Shown piece by piece: positions 19,479-31,800 of a stretch of 64,000 nucleotides of DNA. Source of the stretch: Cyanophora paradoxa CCMP329. Its lineage: Eukaryota > Plantae > Glaucophyta. The stretch covers positions 124,001-188,000 of the forward strand of contig QPMI01000047.1 of the NCBI GenBank assembly GCA_004431415.1, written 5' to 3'. The notes beneath the pieces were generated by a model. The model did not search any database. It had not been told where the DNA came from and saw nothing but the letters and a program-made list of their open reading frames with translations. The position numbers and the translations under genes were made by a program. How positions within the stretch are numbered: the first letter of the stretch is position 1; the number at the start of each line of letters is the position of its first letter.

Positions 19479-21134
19479 ATGCCCGGTTATCAAAGCATCA
19501 TCCGCACGGCATGCGCCGTCGCAAAGGAATCTGGCTACCCCGGGGCGGGCCGTGGGCGGACTTCATCTGTATCGACCAGAAAGCTTCCCCGAGGTGAAAA
19601 TGAAGCAGGTCATCGCAGGCTGGGACGGGTACGTGAGTTTGAGCCAGATCAATGTCGACGTCTGCGTCGATTTAGTATATATATTATGTCTGACTGCGAT
19701 TCTGACCGGTACCGAGTGCAGGTACTCCGATTGTTTGAGCCTGCTTATGTATATGTGCACCCCGAGAGAGCGAAAAGGCTGCGGCATTACCTGTACGGGA
19801 CGGGCATGGCCGAGCTCAACATGCGGCTTGCTTCTGCAGCGCAGGAGCAAGAAGAATACAAGCAAAGGCGCACATCCTTCGAGGTCATGGGGCAGTTTGG
19901 CGACGAGCAGCATTGGATGCAAGCGGATAGATTCGAGAAGGCCGCCAGGAGGGCATTCGTGTTTGAGTTCGTACCGAAGCGAGTGTGGATCATTTCAGAA
20001 CTTGCGTTAATGTGCATCAATGACAAGATCGTTCAGAACCTTGGCGCGCGCATTCGATGATGTTTAATTACATAAGACCCGATAAAGATCTAGAACGCCT
20101 CCCTGACGGATTTCGAAATCGCAGCATTCACGATTGCGGTCATTCAGCGGCATTACAATTGGGTATATATGCGTGTATTTAGGGAAATCCGTTCTTTGAT
20201 GCAGGCGGCTAATGATCGTTTCCACTTTTGCAGGATTTTGCAGCGAGCCAAGCGAATTTGACCAACCAGCAAGAGTTCATCATCGCTCTCACAAATTGTG
20301 CCACGCAAGTCGCAGCAGAGTTTCCGTTGGGGCGAAGCAGAAAGGGCTCTGCGGGCTTCCGGCACGGCGCCTCCTCGAAACCAGCAAGCGAGAATATGGT
20401 TAAGTTGATTATGAGAATGGCGCACATGGGAGGCTTGTGCGCGCCGACTATGATCAAGCCTCGAGGCGCCGATGTGTACACACCAATGAACGAGTTCGCC
20501 TCTACTTTGGAGATCGACCGGTGCCATACATTTATTATGCATGACTGAGCATGCAGTCCTGCTACGCTATTCATGATCACACAATATTAATTGCATTGCA
20601 AATCAGATTCCGCATTGTTCATCTCGCGCAATCGGGGCGCTGGATTGAACCCGAGGAGGCAGCAGTGAGAAAGGCAGAGAAGGAAGGAGCACCCTACACA
20701 AAGGACCTGGTATTGTAAGCTGCATCGTTCAATGCTTTCTTTCTGATGCTCGATCTGAATTTATGCATTTATCGGATCCGTTCTTTTGTGCCCGCAGAGA
20801 TCAGTCGGAGAAGTACCATACATTTGCGGCATATTTCTGGACCTTTTTCACGATTCTTCCGTTCCTTCTGATCGCCGGCGCCCTGTCCGGCTTCATTGTT
20901 TTCGGCATCGTCTACCTTCTTTTCTCCTGCCTCCTCTGCCCGTTCCGTGTCTGCTGCTGCGGAGGAAACCAAATCCGAGACACGGAGGAGAATGACGGGA
21001 CGGGAAGCGGCATCAGTTTCACGACCGCCGATGTAGGGGCTGCCATTGCGAAGTTTCGCCATATGTATGTCAATGTACATGTACAGTTGCAGGCGCCTGC
21101 ATCTATCAGTACTATAGCTAGTGGCGACATGTAG
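19479..21134 (+). CDS. Spliced HET-domain-like protein with C-terminal hydrophobic/Cys-rich segment
   Basis: Same HET-like motifs, continuing into unique sequence with FWTFFTILPFLLIAGALSGFIVFGIVYLLFSCLLCPFRVCCCGG; apparent frameshifts are all C/G homopolymer contractions relative to the upstream copy. Exon chain not fully resolved. Confidence 0.55.
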
Positions 21135-21299
21135 AAATACCGCAATTGCATTGCAATTGTATTCGAGAATTGAATTCGAAGTCCATTTGGCCGCCGGGCC
21201 AGGGGCCCGGCCGCGCCGCGGGCGCCGGGAAGACCGTGGGCAGTGATCTGGCAATCCTACAGCTGTGAATTCCCGAACGCGGTGCCGGTTTTTCGAGGT

Positions 21300-24200
21300 C
21301 TTCGATGGTCCGAAGACGACGAGCGTTTCGAAGACGTGCAAGGCGGCGGGGGACGCGTAAGGATCGACGCCTCGCGCCGCCTCGATCACGCCGCCTCGGC
21401 GGGGGTAGTTGTGGCCGCCCCCGCCTCCGGATCCTCCTTTGCCTCTTCCCCAAGCTCGGGCCCGGGGTCCAGCGCCGGCTTCCCCTTGCAGCTGACGGTC
21501 CGGGTCCCCCTTCCGGTCGCCCTGGGGAACCGAACCCGCCCCCGCTCCCGACCCCGTACCCGGGCCGGGCCCCGGGGGGGCTAGGGCGCCCGCCTCGGGC
21601 CTGGGCGCCCCCGAGGGGCCCCGGAGGGCGCGTATCTTTGCGAGGACGGAGCGCGCGACGGCGGGGGCCGCGAAGGCCTGGCCCGCCAGCTGGTGCGCCC
21701 CCATCATCAGCGCCACCCCAAACATCACCTGGGCGGATCAGATGAGATCAGATCAGATCGGAACGGCTCTGATCCAGAGCGAGCACCTTGATCATGATTT
21801 CCGTCGCCAGGCCGCCCGAGATCGAATCCGTCCAGAGCGCGAAGACCACGCAGTACACCAGCGCCTGGCACGCCCCCGCCACGCCCTGGGTACGGGGTGT
21901 CAGGTTTAATTTCGAGCGCGGAGGGGGTACGGCATTCGCCGCGCGCCTGGACGACGTTCTCCGAGCGCTTGCGCAAGGGGCGCGAGGCTGCGAGGTACCC
22001 CACGCTCGCCAGCTGCGGGGGTACGGATCGCGCGCGTCCGTAGGGGGTACGCGCAAAGGTGGGACCTAGCTGGGGGCACCTGGATCGCGATGAGGAGGGA
22101 CAGCTGCGCCCCGCCGTGCCGCACCAGGCCAAGGATCAGCCCCTGCGAACGGGGTACGCGTTTAGAAGAGAAACGAGCGAAAAGATCGCCGCGGGTTCGG
22201 GTCCGCACGACGACGATTGTCTTCACGAGGTCCACGGCCTGCGGGGGGTACCGCATCGGCTCGGTGGTTCGGCCGAGGGGGGGGGAGATAGGAGGGGGAT
22301 ACGGCGCTCACGTGGTAGAGGTAGGCCCCGCGCTCGAACCGGAAGTTCTGCGCGCGGGCTCGAATCAGGACGGGAGGGGAAAGAGGGGAGGGGGGTACGC
22401 GCGTCGAAGAGGGGGGCATAGCGGGCCGCAAACTCCGCGCCCTGTCCGGCGCCCGGGGCCCCGCCCGGAGGTGCCCACAGCCCTGCACCCGCCCGCGCCG
22501 GCGTCAGCTGCAGGCCAAGCCGGCCGGCCGGCTCGACGGGCCGCACCGTCCACCCCGAGTGCCCGAAGGATGCGGGGCCTGGGGGCCGCCACCGCAGCGG
22601 CGGCGGCGCGGGGCGCCGGCGCGCCCTCGGCCGCGCCCTCGGCCGCGGCGGCGGCGGCGAGGCGCGCAGCGAGCGCGGCGGGGAGCGCCGCCTCCTCCTC
22701 CTCTCCCTTCCTCGGGCACGGCGGGCACGGCGGCCCGGGCGGAAGAGGGCCCTCCGGGGCCGGCGAGGGCGAGGGCGGGGGCGGGTGCGGGGCCGTGGGG
22801 AGGGCCCAGAGCCGCCCCGGCCCCTGCGGCGGGGAGGGCGGAGCCGCCGCCCGAGCCGCCCCATCCCTCTGCTCCTCCGCGTCCTCGCCCTCGAGCTTGA
22901 GCGAACGCGAGAGGAGCGTCGCCGCGCAGCGCTGCGCGGCGCCCGTCGGCTCCCGCGGCCGCTGCCGCCGCCGCGCGTCCGCCCCGGCGGCCTCCTCCAG
23001 CGCCGGGGCGCAGCCGGGGAGGGGCGCCGCGCCGGGCGGCAGCTCCGGAGCCGGAGCCGCCGCCGGCGCCGCCTGCGGTCCGGCGGCGCGCCAGGACCCC
23101 GAGGAGCGCTTGCGCCAGCTCAGGACGCGGGGGACCGACCGCCGCGCCGCCTCTCTCCCGTCCACGGCCCCCGCCCCGCCTCCGCCCCCGCCCCGCCCCG
23201 CCCCGCCACGGCGCCCGCCTCCTGCCCCTCCGCGCCTCGGAAGGAGCCGTTCGGAGAGCCGAAAGAGGCGAGGACGGCGACGCTCCGGCGGGCCCGCCGA
23301 GGGCCCTCAGGCGCCGCGGCGCCCGCGGCCGCGCCTCGGCCTCCGCTTCATCTGCCCCCGATCCGGCGGCGGCGGCGCCGCCGCCGAGAACCACTGCGGC
23401 GAACGGCTCCGGCTCCGGTTCCACCCCGGCCCCTTCTCCGGGGCCGTCGCAGGCGTAGGCGCGGAGGCGCCGCAGGCGGGTGCGGGGCGGCACGGGCCTG
23501 CCCCGCCGGCGGGGCGTCCCCCCGGCGGGGCTCCCCTCGGCCCCCTTCAGGCTCCCACGCGACCCCGGCCTGCGCGTCCGACGCCCCGCTCAGCTCGCAG
23601 CGCCCCTGTTGTGATTCCGCCCGCCTGCGTGCCGCATCGCACCTGGAGGCCGGAGCGACGGCCCCGGGCCCGGTCGCGAGCCCTTTAAGCTTGAGATCGT
23701 CGTACCCAGGGTACCGGGGGTCCTCCGGGTCCGGGCGGCGCCCTCGCCCCCCCTCCCCGCCCAGGCCTCCGTCTGCTGCGCCGCCGCCCTCCGGCCCCTG
23801 TGCCCCGTCGAGGAATCGGAGCACGCGATCCCGCCGCAGCCGCTTCCACAGCACCTGAGCAAAGGCTCTAGGAGGGCCGAGGCTCTAGGAGAGGGCCGAG
23901 CTTTTAAAAGAAAGCGCACCCAGGTGACGAAGGCGGCGTAGGCGCCGGGGAGGAGGAGGAGGAGGGCGGAGGCGGCGAGGAGGAAGTGGGGGCGGGCGCC
24001 CCGCGCGTACGCCCGCGCCACGCTCATGCACACGCCCTGCGCATTCCGGGGCCAGAGCACGGCCGTCAGCGAAACGCGAACCCAAACACCGGTACCCAGT
24101 GGGACCCAGGGCGGAAGGCCGGGCGGGCCTGGTGCTTAGGAAGCTTCCCGGAGTCCTCAAAACTCCTCCTAGCTATAGGCTTGTTCGAAGCATGCTTAAG

Positions 24201-27200
24201 CTTAGGGTCTCCTTTATCGTCCATAGGAGGGCGGGCGGGCGCGCCTGGTGGACGCCTGCGGCGAAGGCGAACTCGAGGCGGGGGAAGCGCAGCGCCGGCG
24301 GCGGCTGGAGCGGCTGCCTCGCCGCCTCGCCGGCGGCGGCAGAGGTCGACGCTGACTGGAGCGAGGCGGCCGACGGCGGCGGCGGCGCGGCGGCGCCGGC
24401 GCCGGCGCCGGCTGCGGAGGACGGGGGGGAGGCGCCCCGCCGGCGCAGGCGGTAGAACCTGCGCGCGCGCGCGCGAAGGCCGTCAGCCCTTTCCTCTCCC
24501 CTTCCCCCTCCCCGCCCGGCCCGGCCTCGCGCCTGTAGATGCCGTAGTGGGCGAGGAGGAGCCCGGCGAAGAGCAGCGCGCTCGCCGCGAAGTTGTTCAC
24601 CAGCCCGTACTGCGGGCGGGCCGGGCCGAGAGGAGCCGAGCCGAGGCGAGCCGGGGTCAGAGGGAAGAAAGCAGCGGCGCCGCGCCCGAAGCTAGGGGCG
24701 TCGTCGCACCTATGATAAGCTCTAATATAACTATGACTAACTATGATAAGCTCTAATATAATCTAAAGCCTTTTGTGTGCACGGGGGCACCTCGGCGTCG
24801 CGGCGCTCCTCCTCGTCGGCGTCGCCCGACGGGAGGGCCAGCAGCAGGCGGAGCGAGCCCGCCCCCGGCCCCGGCCCGCCCGCCGGAGGATGACCCGGAC
24901 CCGTCGAGTTGGAGGCGACCGGCCCGTCGGCCAGCGGCCACTGCGCGGGGGCGTAGGCGTAAGATCCAGACGCGTACTTGAAGGAGTGGGCGTGGTCGCC
25001 CAAAAGATCAAGCGGGCGTGCCTTGAAGGAGAGGAGGGCCCACTGGAAGCTCTCGGAGAAGGCGAGGAACTCGTCGGGCAGGGGCGCCGCCAGCAGCGAG
25101 AGCACGCCCATCCACTGCCCGGGCGTCAGCTTCGGCTCCGCGGTCTCGGGCGCAGGCGTCGGGACTGGCATGGGCGCGCCTGGACGAAGCCTATGAGACC
25201 GCCCAGGTTGCCCGAGGCGCCGGCCGAGGCCGCCGACGCCGCCGCGCTCGTCGCCACGCTGCGCTCCTGGCTTAGGGTCGGCCGGGATGGGGCGGGATGG
25301 GAGGGGGTACCTCGCGGCCACGGAGGCGGCGGTGGACGCGGCGACGGCGCCCGCGACGGCGGCTGCCGGGCAAGTAAGCAAGGGGGCGGAAGCGGAGAGG
25401 AAAGGGCGGGAGGAGGAGGAGGGAGGGCGCACATGACATGGCGGACGATGCCTCTGCGGAGATGGCGGCGGGTGGGGCGGCGGCGGCCGCCGCCGGGGGA
25501 GGCGCGGGGGACGGGGATGGGGACGGGGACGGGGATGGGGAGGGGCTTCGGGTGGGGCTCAGGGTGGGCACGGGAGTCGCATCTGCTGACGAGCTCGGGC
25601 TCGGTCTGGGCCTTGGCGTCTCCGTCGGCGAGGGGCTGGGCGACGGGCTCGGGCCAAGCGACGGGCTCGGGCTCGGATTCTCCGTCGGCGACGGGCTGGA
25701 CGACGGGCTGGGCGACGGGCTCGGGCTTGGCGTCTCCGACGGCGAGGGGCTGGGCGACGGGCTCGGGCTGGGCGTCTCCGTCGGCGAGGGGCTGGGCGAC
25801 GGGCTCGGGCTGGGCGACGGGCTAAGGCTCGGCGTCTCCGTCGGCGACGGGCTGGGCGACGGGCTCGGGCTGGGCGACGGGCTCGGGCTCGGCGTCTCCG
25901 TCGGCGACGGGCTGTGCGACGGGCTCGGGCTGGGCGACGGGCTCGGGCTCGGCGTCTCCGTCGGCGACGGGCTGGGCGACGGGCTGGGCGACGGGCTCGG
26001 GCTGGGTGTCTCCGTCGGCGGCGGGCTGGGCGACGGGCTCGGGCTCGGCGTCTCCGTCGGCGACGGGCTGGGCGACGGGCTGGGCGACGGGCTCGGGCTG
26101 GGTGTCTCCGTCGGCGGCGGGCTGGGCGACGGGCTCGGGCTCGGCGTCTCCATCGGCGACGGGCTGGGCGACGGGCTGGACGACGGGCTCGGGTTGGGTG
26201 TCTCCGTCGGCGGCGGGCTGGGCGACGGGCTCGGGCTCGGCGTCTCCGTCGGCGACGGGCTGGGCGACGGGCTGGGCGACGGGCTCGGGCTGGGTGTCTC
26301 CGTCGGCGGCGGGCTGGGCGACGGGCTCGGGCTCGGCGTCTCCATCGGCGACGGGCTGGGCGACGGGCTAGGGCTCGGGCTTGGTGATGGGCTTGGGCTA
26401 GGGCTCGGGGTGGGGTACGGCCTCGGCGTCGGGGCTGTGAGGCTCTGCCGGATCGTCATTCGGAACGTTCCCGCCTCGTTCTGGTACCCTGCCGCGCACC
26501 CGCGATCAGCCCCGGGCGCAGCGAAAAAGCGCCCCGGCGGGATCCGAACCCTCGACGATGATCCCGTAGGCGGCGCCGGAGACGACGGGAATCGTGAGGC
26601 CCGCGCGCAGGCTCGAGATCGAGCACCCGTCGTTGTCGTCTGCGGCCCGTGAGCCCTCGCTGAGGGGGAGGGGCGGGAGGCGGCGCGGGCGGGCGCGCCG
26701 TTGCTCGCGACGATGGAGGCAACGGCGCTGGTACTGAACGAGGGGCACGCCGTCGGCGAGAGGACGTACACGTATCTGGGGGGGCCGAGGTGAGCTTTGA
26801 AGGCGAGGGGGTAGGGATGGGTGGGTGGGTGGGTGGGGGGATGGAGCGGACGTGTCGAACGTGGTCTGGGGGTAGCACGTGTCGATCGTCGCGAAGCTGT
26901 GCGGAGGGGGTACAGGATCGACCGTGCTTCGTCTGGGGGGGGGGGGGGGGCGAGGGGAAGGGGGGTACCCCGTGAGGCCGGCCGCGAAGTAGTAGAAGAC
27001 CTCCCCCGAAGGCTCTTTTTCGAACAGGTTCGGGAGTCCGACGGTCGTACCCGTGACCTGAGAGGGGGGGAAGGGGGCGTCGGGGGGTACACGGAAACCG
27101 GGGCGGGGGTACCGCGCGCGCACGTCGGCGGGGAGGGTGAGGACGACAGCGGTGTTGCAGGGGTTCGGCGTGGGCGTCGGGACGGCGACCCGCAGGCCGC

Positions 27201-27931
27201 GCGCCTGCGGCTGCGCCTGCGGCCGGGCTTGGCGGGCCGCAGTGGTCCCCTCCAGTGGCTCGCACGCGACGCCGTCCGCCCAGAGCCGCAGGGAGGGCGC
27301 GACCGCCGGCGAGGCGGCCCGGAGGGGAGCCCCGGGGAGGGGTACGGCCGCCCCGGGCGGGAGCAGCGACGGGGGTACGTCCATCTCGCACGAGGACGCC
27401 CAGCAGGTCCAGCGGGGCCTGCGGGCGGGGACCGGCTCAGCAGAGATCGACGGCGCCCCAGCGCGCCCCGGGGCGCCGGCCGGGCACCCGCGGGGGTCGG
27501 CATCGGCGTCGGAGTCGGCGCGCGCCCCGCGGCCGTCCCCGCAGCCAAGCTCGCCGGCGCGCGCTGCGACGCGAATGCTCACGGCGGCGTCGGCCTGACC
27601 TGCACGCGTGCGGCGCGCGGTCGGTCGGCGGCGCGGGCCGGGCGGCGGTCGAGGGCCAGGCTGCACCCGCGTCAAGGGGCCACGGGCGCAGGAGGGAGAG
27701 CCTGAGCTCGTAGCCGCCCCCCGGGGCCGACTGCGGGACCGCCTGGCCCTCAAAGAAGCACCGGGGCGGCGAGGAGAGCGCCGCCGCTGCAAGCGCGCCC
27801 TGCAGCAAGAGGGCGAGCAGCAGCTCCGCCAGGGCTGTGCAGCGCCATCGCAGTGCTCCGCCGCGGCTGCGGCCTACGTCTGCTGCACTGAATAGCTGAC
27901 GCTGCCGCTGCCGCTGCCGCTGCATCCACAA
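21300..27931 (-). CDS. Large multi-exon surface protein: signal peptide, Cys-containing ectodomain, (SP)n/TETP stalk, multi-pass (TRP-like) membrane region
   Basis: [18 protein letters not shown] signal; ectodomain exons (FATIDTC, ADDNDGC..YGIIVEG); stalk; [30 protein letters not shown] and several later hydrophobic exons down to about 21.7 kb. Ends approximate. Confidence 0.6.
25587..26420 (-). repeat. Coding Ser-Pro/TETP repeat with 96-bp higher-order period
   Basis: ggcgtctcc at 25951, 26047, 26143, 26239 and 26335; the 'atc' variant recurs at 192-bp spacing. Confidence 0.9.
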
Positions 27932-28888
27932 ACACGCTGCGAAGCTCGGCGCTCAATGCTGGGGGCGAGAGGGCGACCTGCCAGGCTGAAGAAACAGGAC
28001 GGGCTGCCGCGGGATGCAGCCCGGAAGCGCGCCGTGTCTTCGTGTGCACGTGGATGGGGCGCGTCTGCGGGGATGCGCGCGGCGTCAGCGGGCGCCCCGC
28101 TGGTGAGAGTCTGAGGTGCTGGAGCGCACCGGTCCCGCTCTTATCTTATCAACACGTACGTCGACCTCCACCTCTGCGCTAAGGCCCCCGAGCTCGATTT
28201 GGCCGTGGGTCGGCTCGAAAGCGCCCATCCCGACGAGAGAAGAACGTCGAGCGCAGCGCCGAAGTTCCCTCGCGGAAGTTGCTCGCGAAGCTAGCGTTGC
28301 GAGGCGAGTGAAGGGAGGGTCGGAGCGACGAGCGCAAGGCGCGCTTCCATCGCCGCAGCAATCGCTTGCCGACGGTGCGCATGCGCCGCTGCGCCTTGCA
28401 ATTGCATGCGACGACGCACAAAGTTGCGCGGGGGAACGAGCTATTGCCGGGTACGTCCGACATTACGTCCTGCCCGGGTACTACGCGTGACTTTTTTCCA
28501 TACAAGCAAGCAAACCGGCCGCGGTCAGGTCGGAGCCCCTTGAGCTCCCGGGACTTGGTCGGAAGTGGTCGACCCAGCAGCGCGGCAGCAGTAAGCGGCG
28601 AAACGCCTGCGGCATCTTTAAGTGTTCGGTCTTGCGGCCCCAACCGTGCAGTTCGGAAGCGCTCATCGAGTCGTCGGCGACTCGTCGCCCACAACCGCGC
28701 CTGGCTCGAGCCCGCGCACGGTGCATAGAACGTGCAGGAGCTTTTGCCATCGCTCCCAGCTCAGGAGGCATGGGCCGCCCACGTGCACGCGCTTCCTGGC
28801 GCTCGCAGCCCGTTCGACTTCGATAGCTCGAAGTCCCGCAAGTTAAGCGCGCTTATCGGCGCGCGAGGTCTCTGTAGACCGCGCACAG

Positions 28889-31800
28889 ATGGCGGACGAC
28901 CGCCCGCCCCCGCTGCTGGCGCAGGCGCGGCCGGAGGCCATCCTCCCCCTGCACAGCAGCTCGCGCGGGTGCAGCATACGGCGCCTGCCGCCGGCGACGC
29001 AGTCGTGCGCCGTGGAGCTCATCCGCCTCTCCCTCGCGTTCGGTGCGACCGTCGGGCGGCGGCGCCTCGAGCCCGACGACGCCTGACTCGCCCGCTCGCC
29101 CGCCCGCCCCCTCGCTCGCGCAGAGTCCAGCGCGGCGGGCGGTGCGAGCCGGTGGGAGGGCGTGCCGACGGCCGCCGGGCCCGACGGGCGGCCGGCCGCG
29201 TGCGTCCAGGCCGGCGCGGTGTACCGGCTGCGCGTGCGGGGCGCCGGCGGCCCGCCCGCCCCGCCGACGGCGCCGCGGCGGTCCACCTTTCCCTCGCGGG
29301 CGCTGCGCGGCCCTCGGGCCCCGCCCCGCGCCTCGCCCTCGCCCACGTCGTGCACGCCGAGGGCGGCTCGCCCCCGCGCCCGAAGGTCCGCTCGCCTTCC
29401 CCTCCGGTCCCGCCGGCCCTGCGGTCCGAGCAGCCGCCGCAGGACCCGATCGAGGTGGACGACGGCTGCATGATCGTTCGCCTGAACCCCGACGGGGATA
29501 GCGCCGAGGCCTTCTTGTGAGTACCCCCCTCCCCCTCCCCCCCGTTTCCTTCCTCACGCCCGCCCGCCCGCGCAGCTTTGAGGCGGCGCCGGGGCAGACC
29601 GACGCGTGGGCGGGGGCGCTGCAGTGCGCGTGGGCGTCGGGGCCCGGGGCCGGCGGGCCAGTCTCCTCGCGGGGGCCCATCCCCGTCCTCTTCGCCGCGA
29701 GCCGGAAGCACAAGGCGCCGCCGGCCCCGGCGGAGCCCGGCGGCCGCGGCTCCGGCCCCGCGCGGCGATGCGCCGCCGCGCGAGCGCGAGCTCGAGCGCG
29801 GCCCCGCGCCGGCGTCGGCGGCCTCGGCCTCGGTCTCGGTGGCCTCGTCGCTGACGATGAGCCCGACCGAGTCGCCCGCGACGACTGCGGCGACGACGGC
29901 CTCCTCCCCCCCCTTCTCCCCCGGCACCGCCCTCGCCCTCGGCCTCGCCCCCGACAGCTCCTCCTCCCCCACCCAGTCCGCCTCCGCCTCCGCCTCGACG
30001 CCCGACGCCGGGCCGGCCGGCTCGCCCCCTCCCGCGCCGCCCCCGCCCCCGCCCCCGCCGGACGCGGAGGCCCTTGCCGAAAACTTCGCGGCCCTCTACA
30101 TCGTCGCCGAGGAGTACGAGTGCGCTTTTTACGGAAGTTTCTCATAGATTCCTCTAGAAGAAGATGGGCGGCGCGCTCCAAACGAACGGTCGCCGTCGCC
30201 GTTGGAGAACGGTCGCCCGCCGGCTCACGGGGCGGCGGCGGCGGCGGCGGCGGCGCAGCGCGCGGGCGCAGGAGGCGCTCCAGCCGGAGCTCCAGCTGGT
30301 GCCGGCGGGCCCCCCCGGCGACTACTCCATGGAGCTCGCCCTCGGCCGCCCCGCCTCCGCCGGCCACTCCGGTACCCCCCCCGCCCCCCTCCCCCCCCTC
30401 CCCTGAACTTCGTTCGCTCGGCAGAGCGGTCGCTGCGCTTCCTCGACTTCGCGGACATGCCGGCCACCTACGACGAGCTCATGCAGAAGACCAAGCAGGT
30501 GGGTGCTGTCGGCTACTAGCTAGCTTGCCTTCCTTCCCCTCTGGTTGGCCTACGGCTGAGGGGGTCGACGCCGCCGCCGGCCGCGCAGGCGCAGTCGGTG
30601 CTCCCGAGCCTCCCGCCCCTGCGGCCGGCGCGCGCCCCGTATGGGGAGCCCTCCGCGCCCCCCGTCCCGGTTCGTTCGTGCTTCTCCCTCGTCGTTCCAC
30701 CCCTCCTCACCCCCCTCCTCCGCAGGCGGTGGTGTTCCAGACGGACCACGGGCAGGACGCGCCGCTGCTCGACGGGCGGCTCTACGACGAGGTCGACGCC
30801 ATCTTCTCGTGCGTTCGATCCCGAAGTTTTCGGTCGATCCCGAACTTCTTCGGGATCGAAGCATTTCCGCCCGCCCGTCCGCTCGTTCGTTCGTTCGATC
30901 CCGAGCCTCGATCGGCGCCGCCGCAGGTCGATCGACGCGGGGCAGCAGCGGAATCAGCGGCTGTGGATCCTCGGTGCGCGTCTGCCCGCCCCCCCCCCCC
31001 CCCCCCCCCCCCCCCGCCCCGCATCGCCTGACGCGCCGGCAGACCCGACGTCGCCGGAGCAGCCCCCGTCGGAGGCCAGCGCTGGCACTCCCGCCGGCGC
31101 CGGCGCGGTGTTCGACGCGGCCGCTCTGACCGACTCGGACGCCGGGCGGTGCTCTCCCCTCTCGATCCTTTCCCTTTCCCCCTTCCGAGACGCGCGCGCG
31201 CCCCGCAGGACGCCGCCCCAGCTGCCGCCGCTGCCGCACTGGTGCCAGCCCCGGGCGATGCGCCGTCTCCCACCCTCCCTCCCTCCCTGAACGCTCCCCC
31301 GCGCGCAGGACGCCGCCGCCATGGCCCGCGCACCTGCGGCAGTCGCCGCCGGTGCCGCGGGTCTCGCTGCTGGGCCTTGCCGCCGCCGCGGCGGAGGAGC
31401 CGCAGGGCTCCCCGGTCGACATCGTCCGCGCCGTCGAGGAGGTGCGCGGGCAGAGCAAGCAGACAGAGCCGAGCGGTCAGCGGCAGAGCAAACAGAGCCG
31501 TGTGACACGCGGGCGGGCGCAGGCGTACGGGCAGGTGGAGGCGGGGAGCCGCTCGGCCGTGGACCGCCTCGCCTCCCTCCTCGCCGACCCCCGGGTCCGC
31601 CCTCCGCCCTTGGCCTTCACGGCTGCCGCCGCGGGGCCGTCGTTCCTCTCAGTGACTCCTCCGGTAGGTGCTCGACTCGCCGCTGATGACGACGCTCGGG
31701 GGCCGGGAGGCCTACCAGCGCGCCCTGCACGGCGTCCGCCGCGCCGCCCGCTCCGCCGCTGCCGTCCGCCCGCCCCCCGCCCCCGTCTGAGCCGTCTGAG

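Larger units (their letters stand above)
16164..20489. repeat. Tandem array, period 1939/1935 bp (partial unit 16164-16615, full units 16616-18554 and 18555-20489)
   Basis: accttggcgcgcgcattcg at 16164, 18103 and 20038; identity ends after caccaatga at 20489; I found two substitutions and four homopolymer indels between copies. Confidence 0.95.

Noticed and set aside
16164-20489. Tandem unit as a viral TIR, LTR or target-site duplication
   Set aside because: Direct head-to-tail copies of intron-containing host-type sequence, interrupted by the virus rather than bounding it.
25438-26652. 404-aa GDGLGLG 'collagen-like' ORF on +
   Set aside because: Reverse complement of the Ser-Pro stalk; signal peptide and splice sites support the minus strand.
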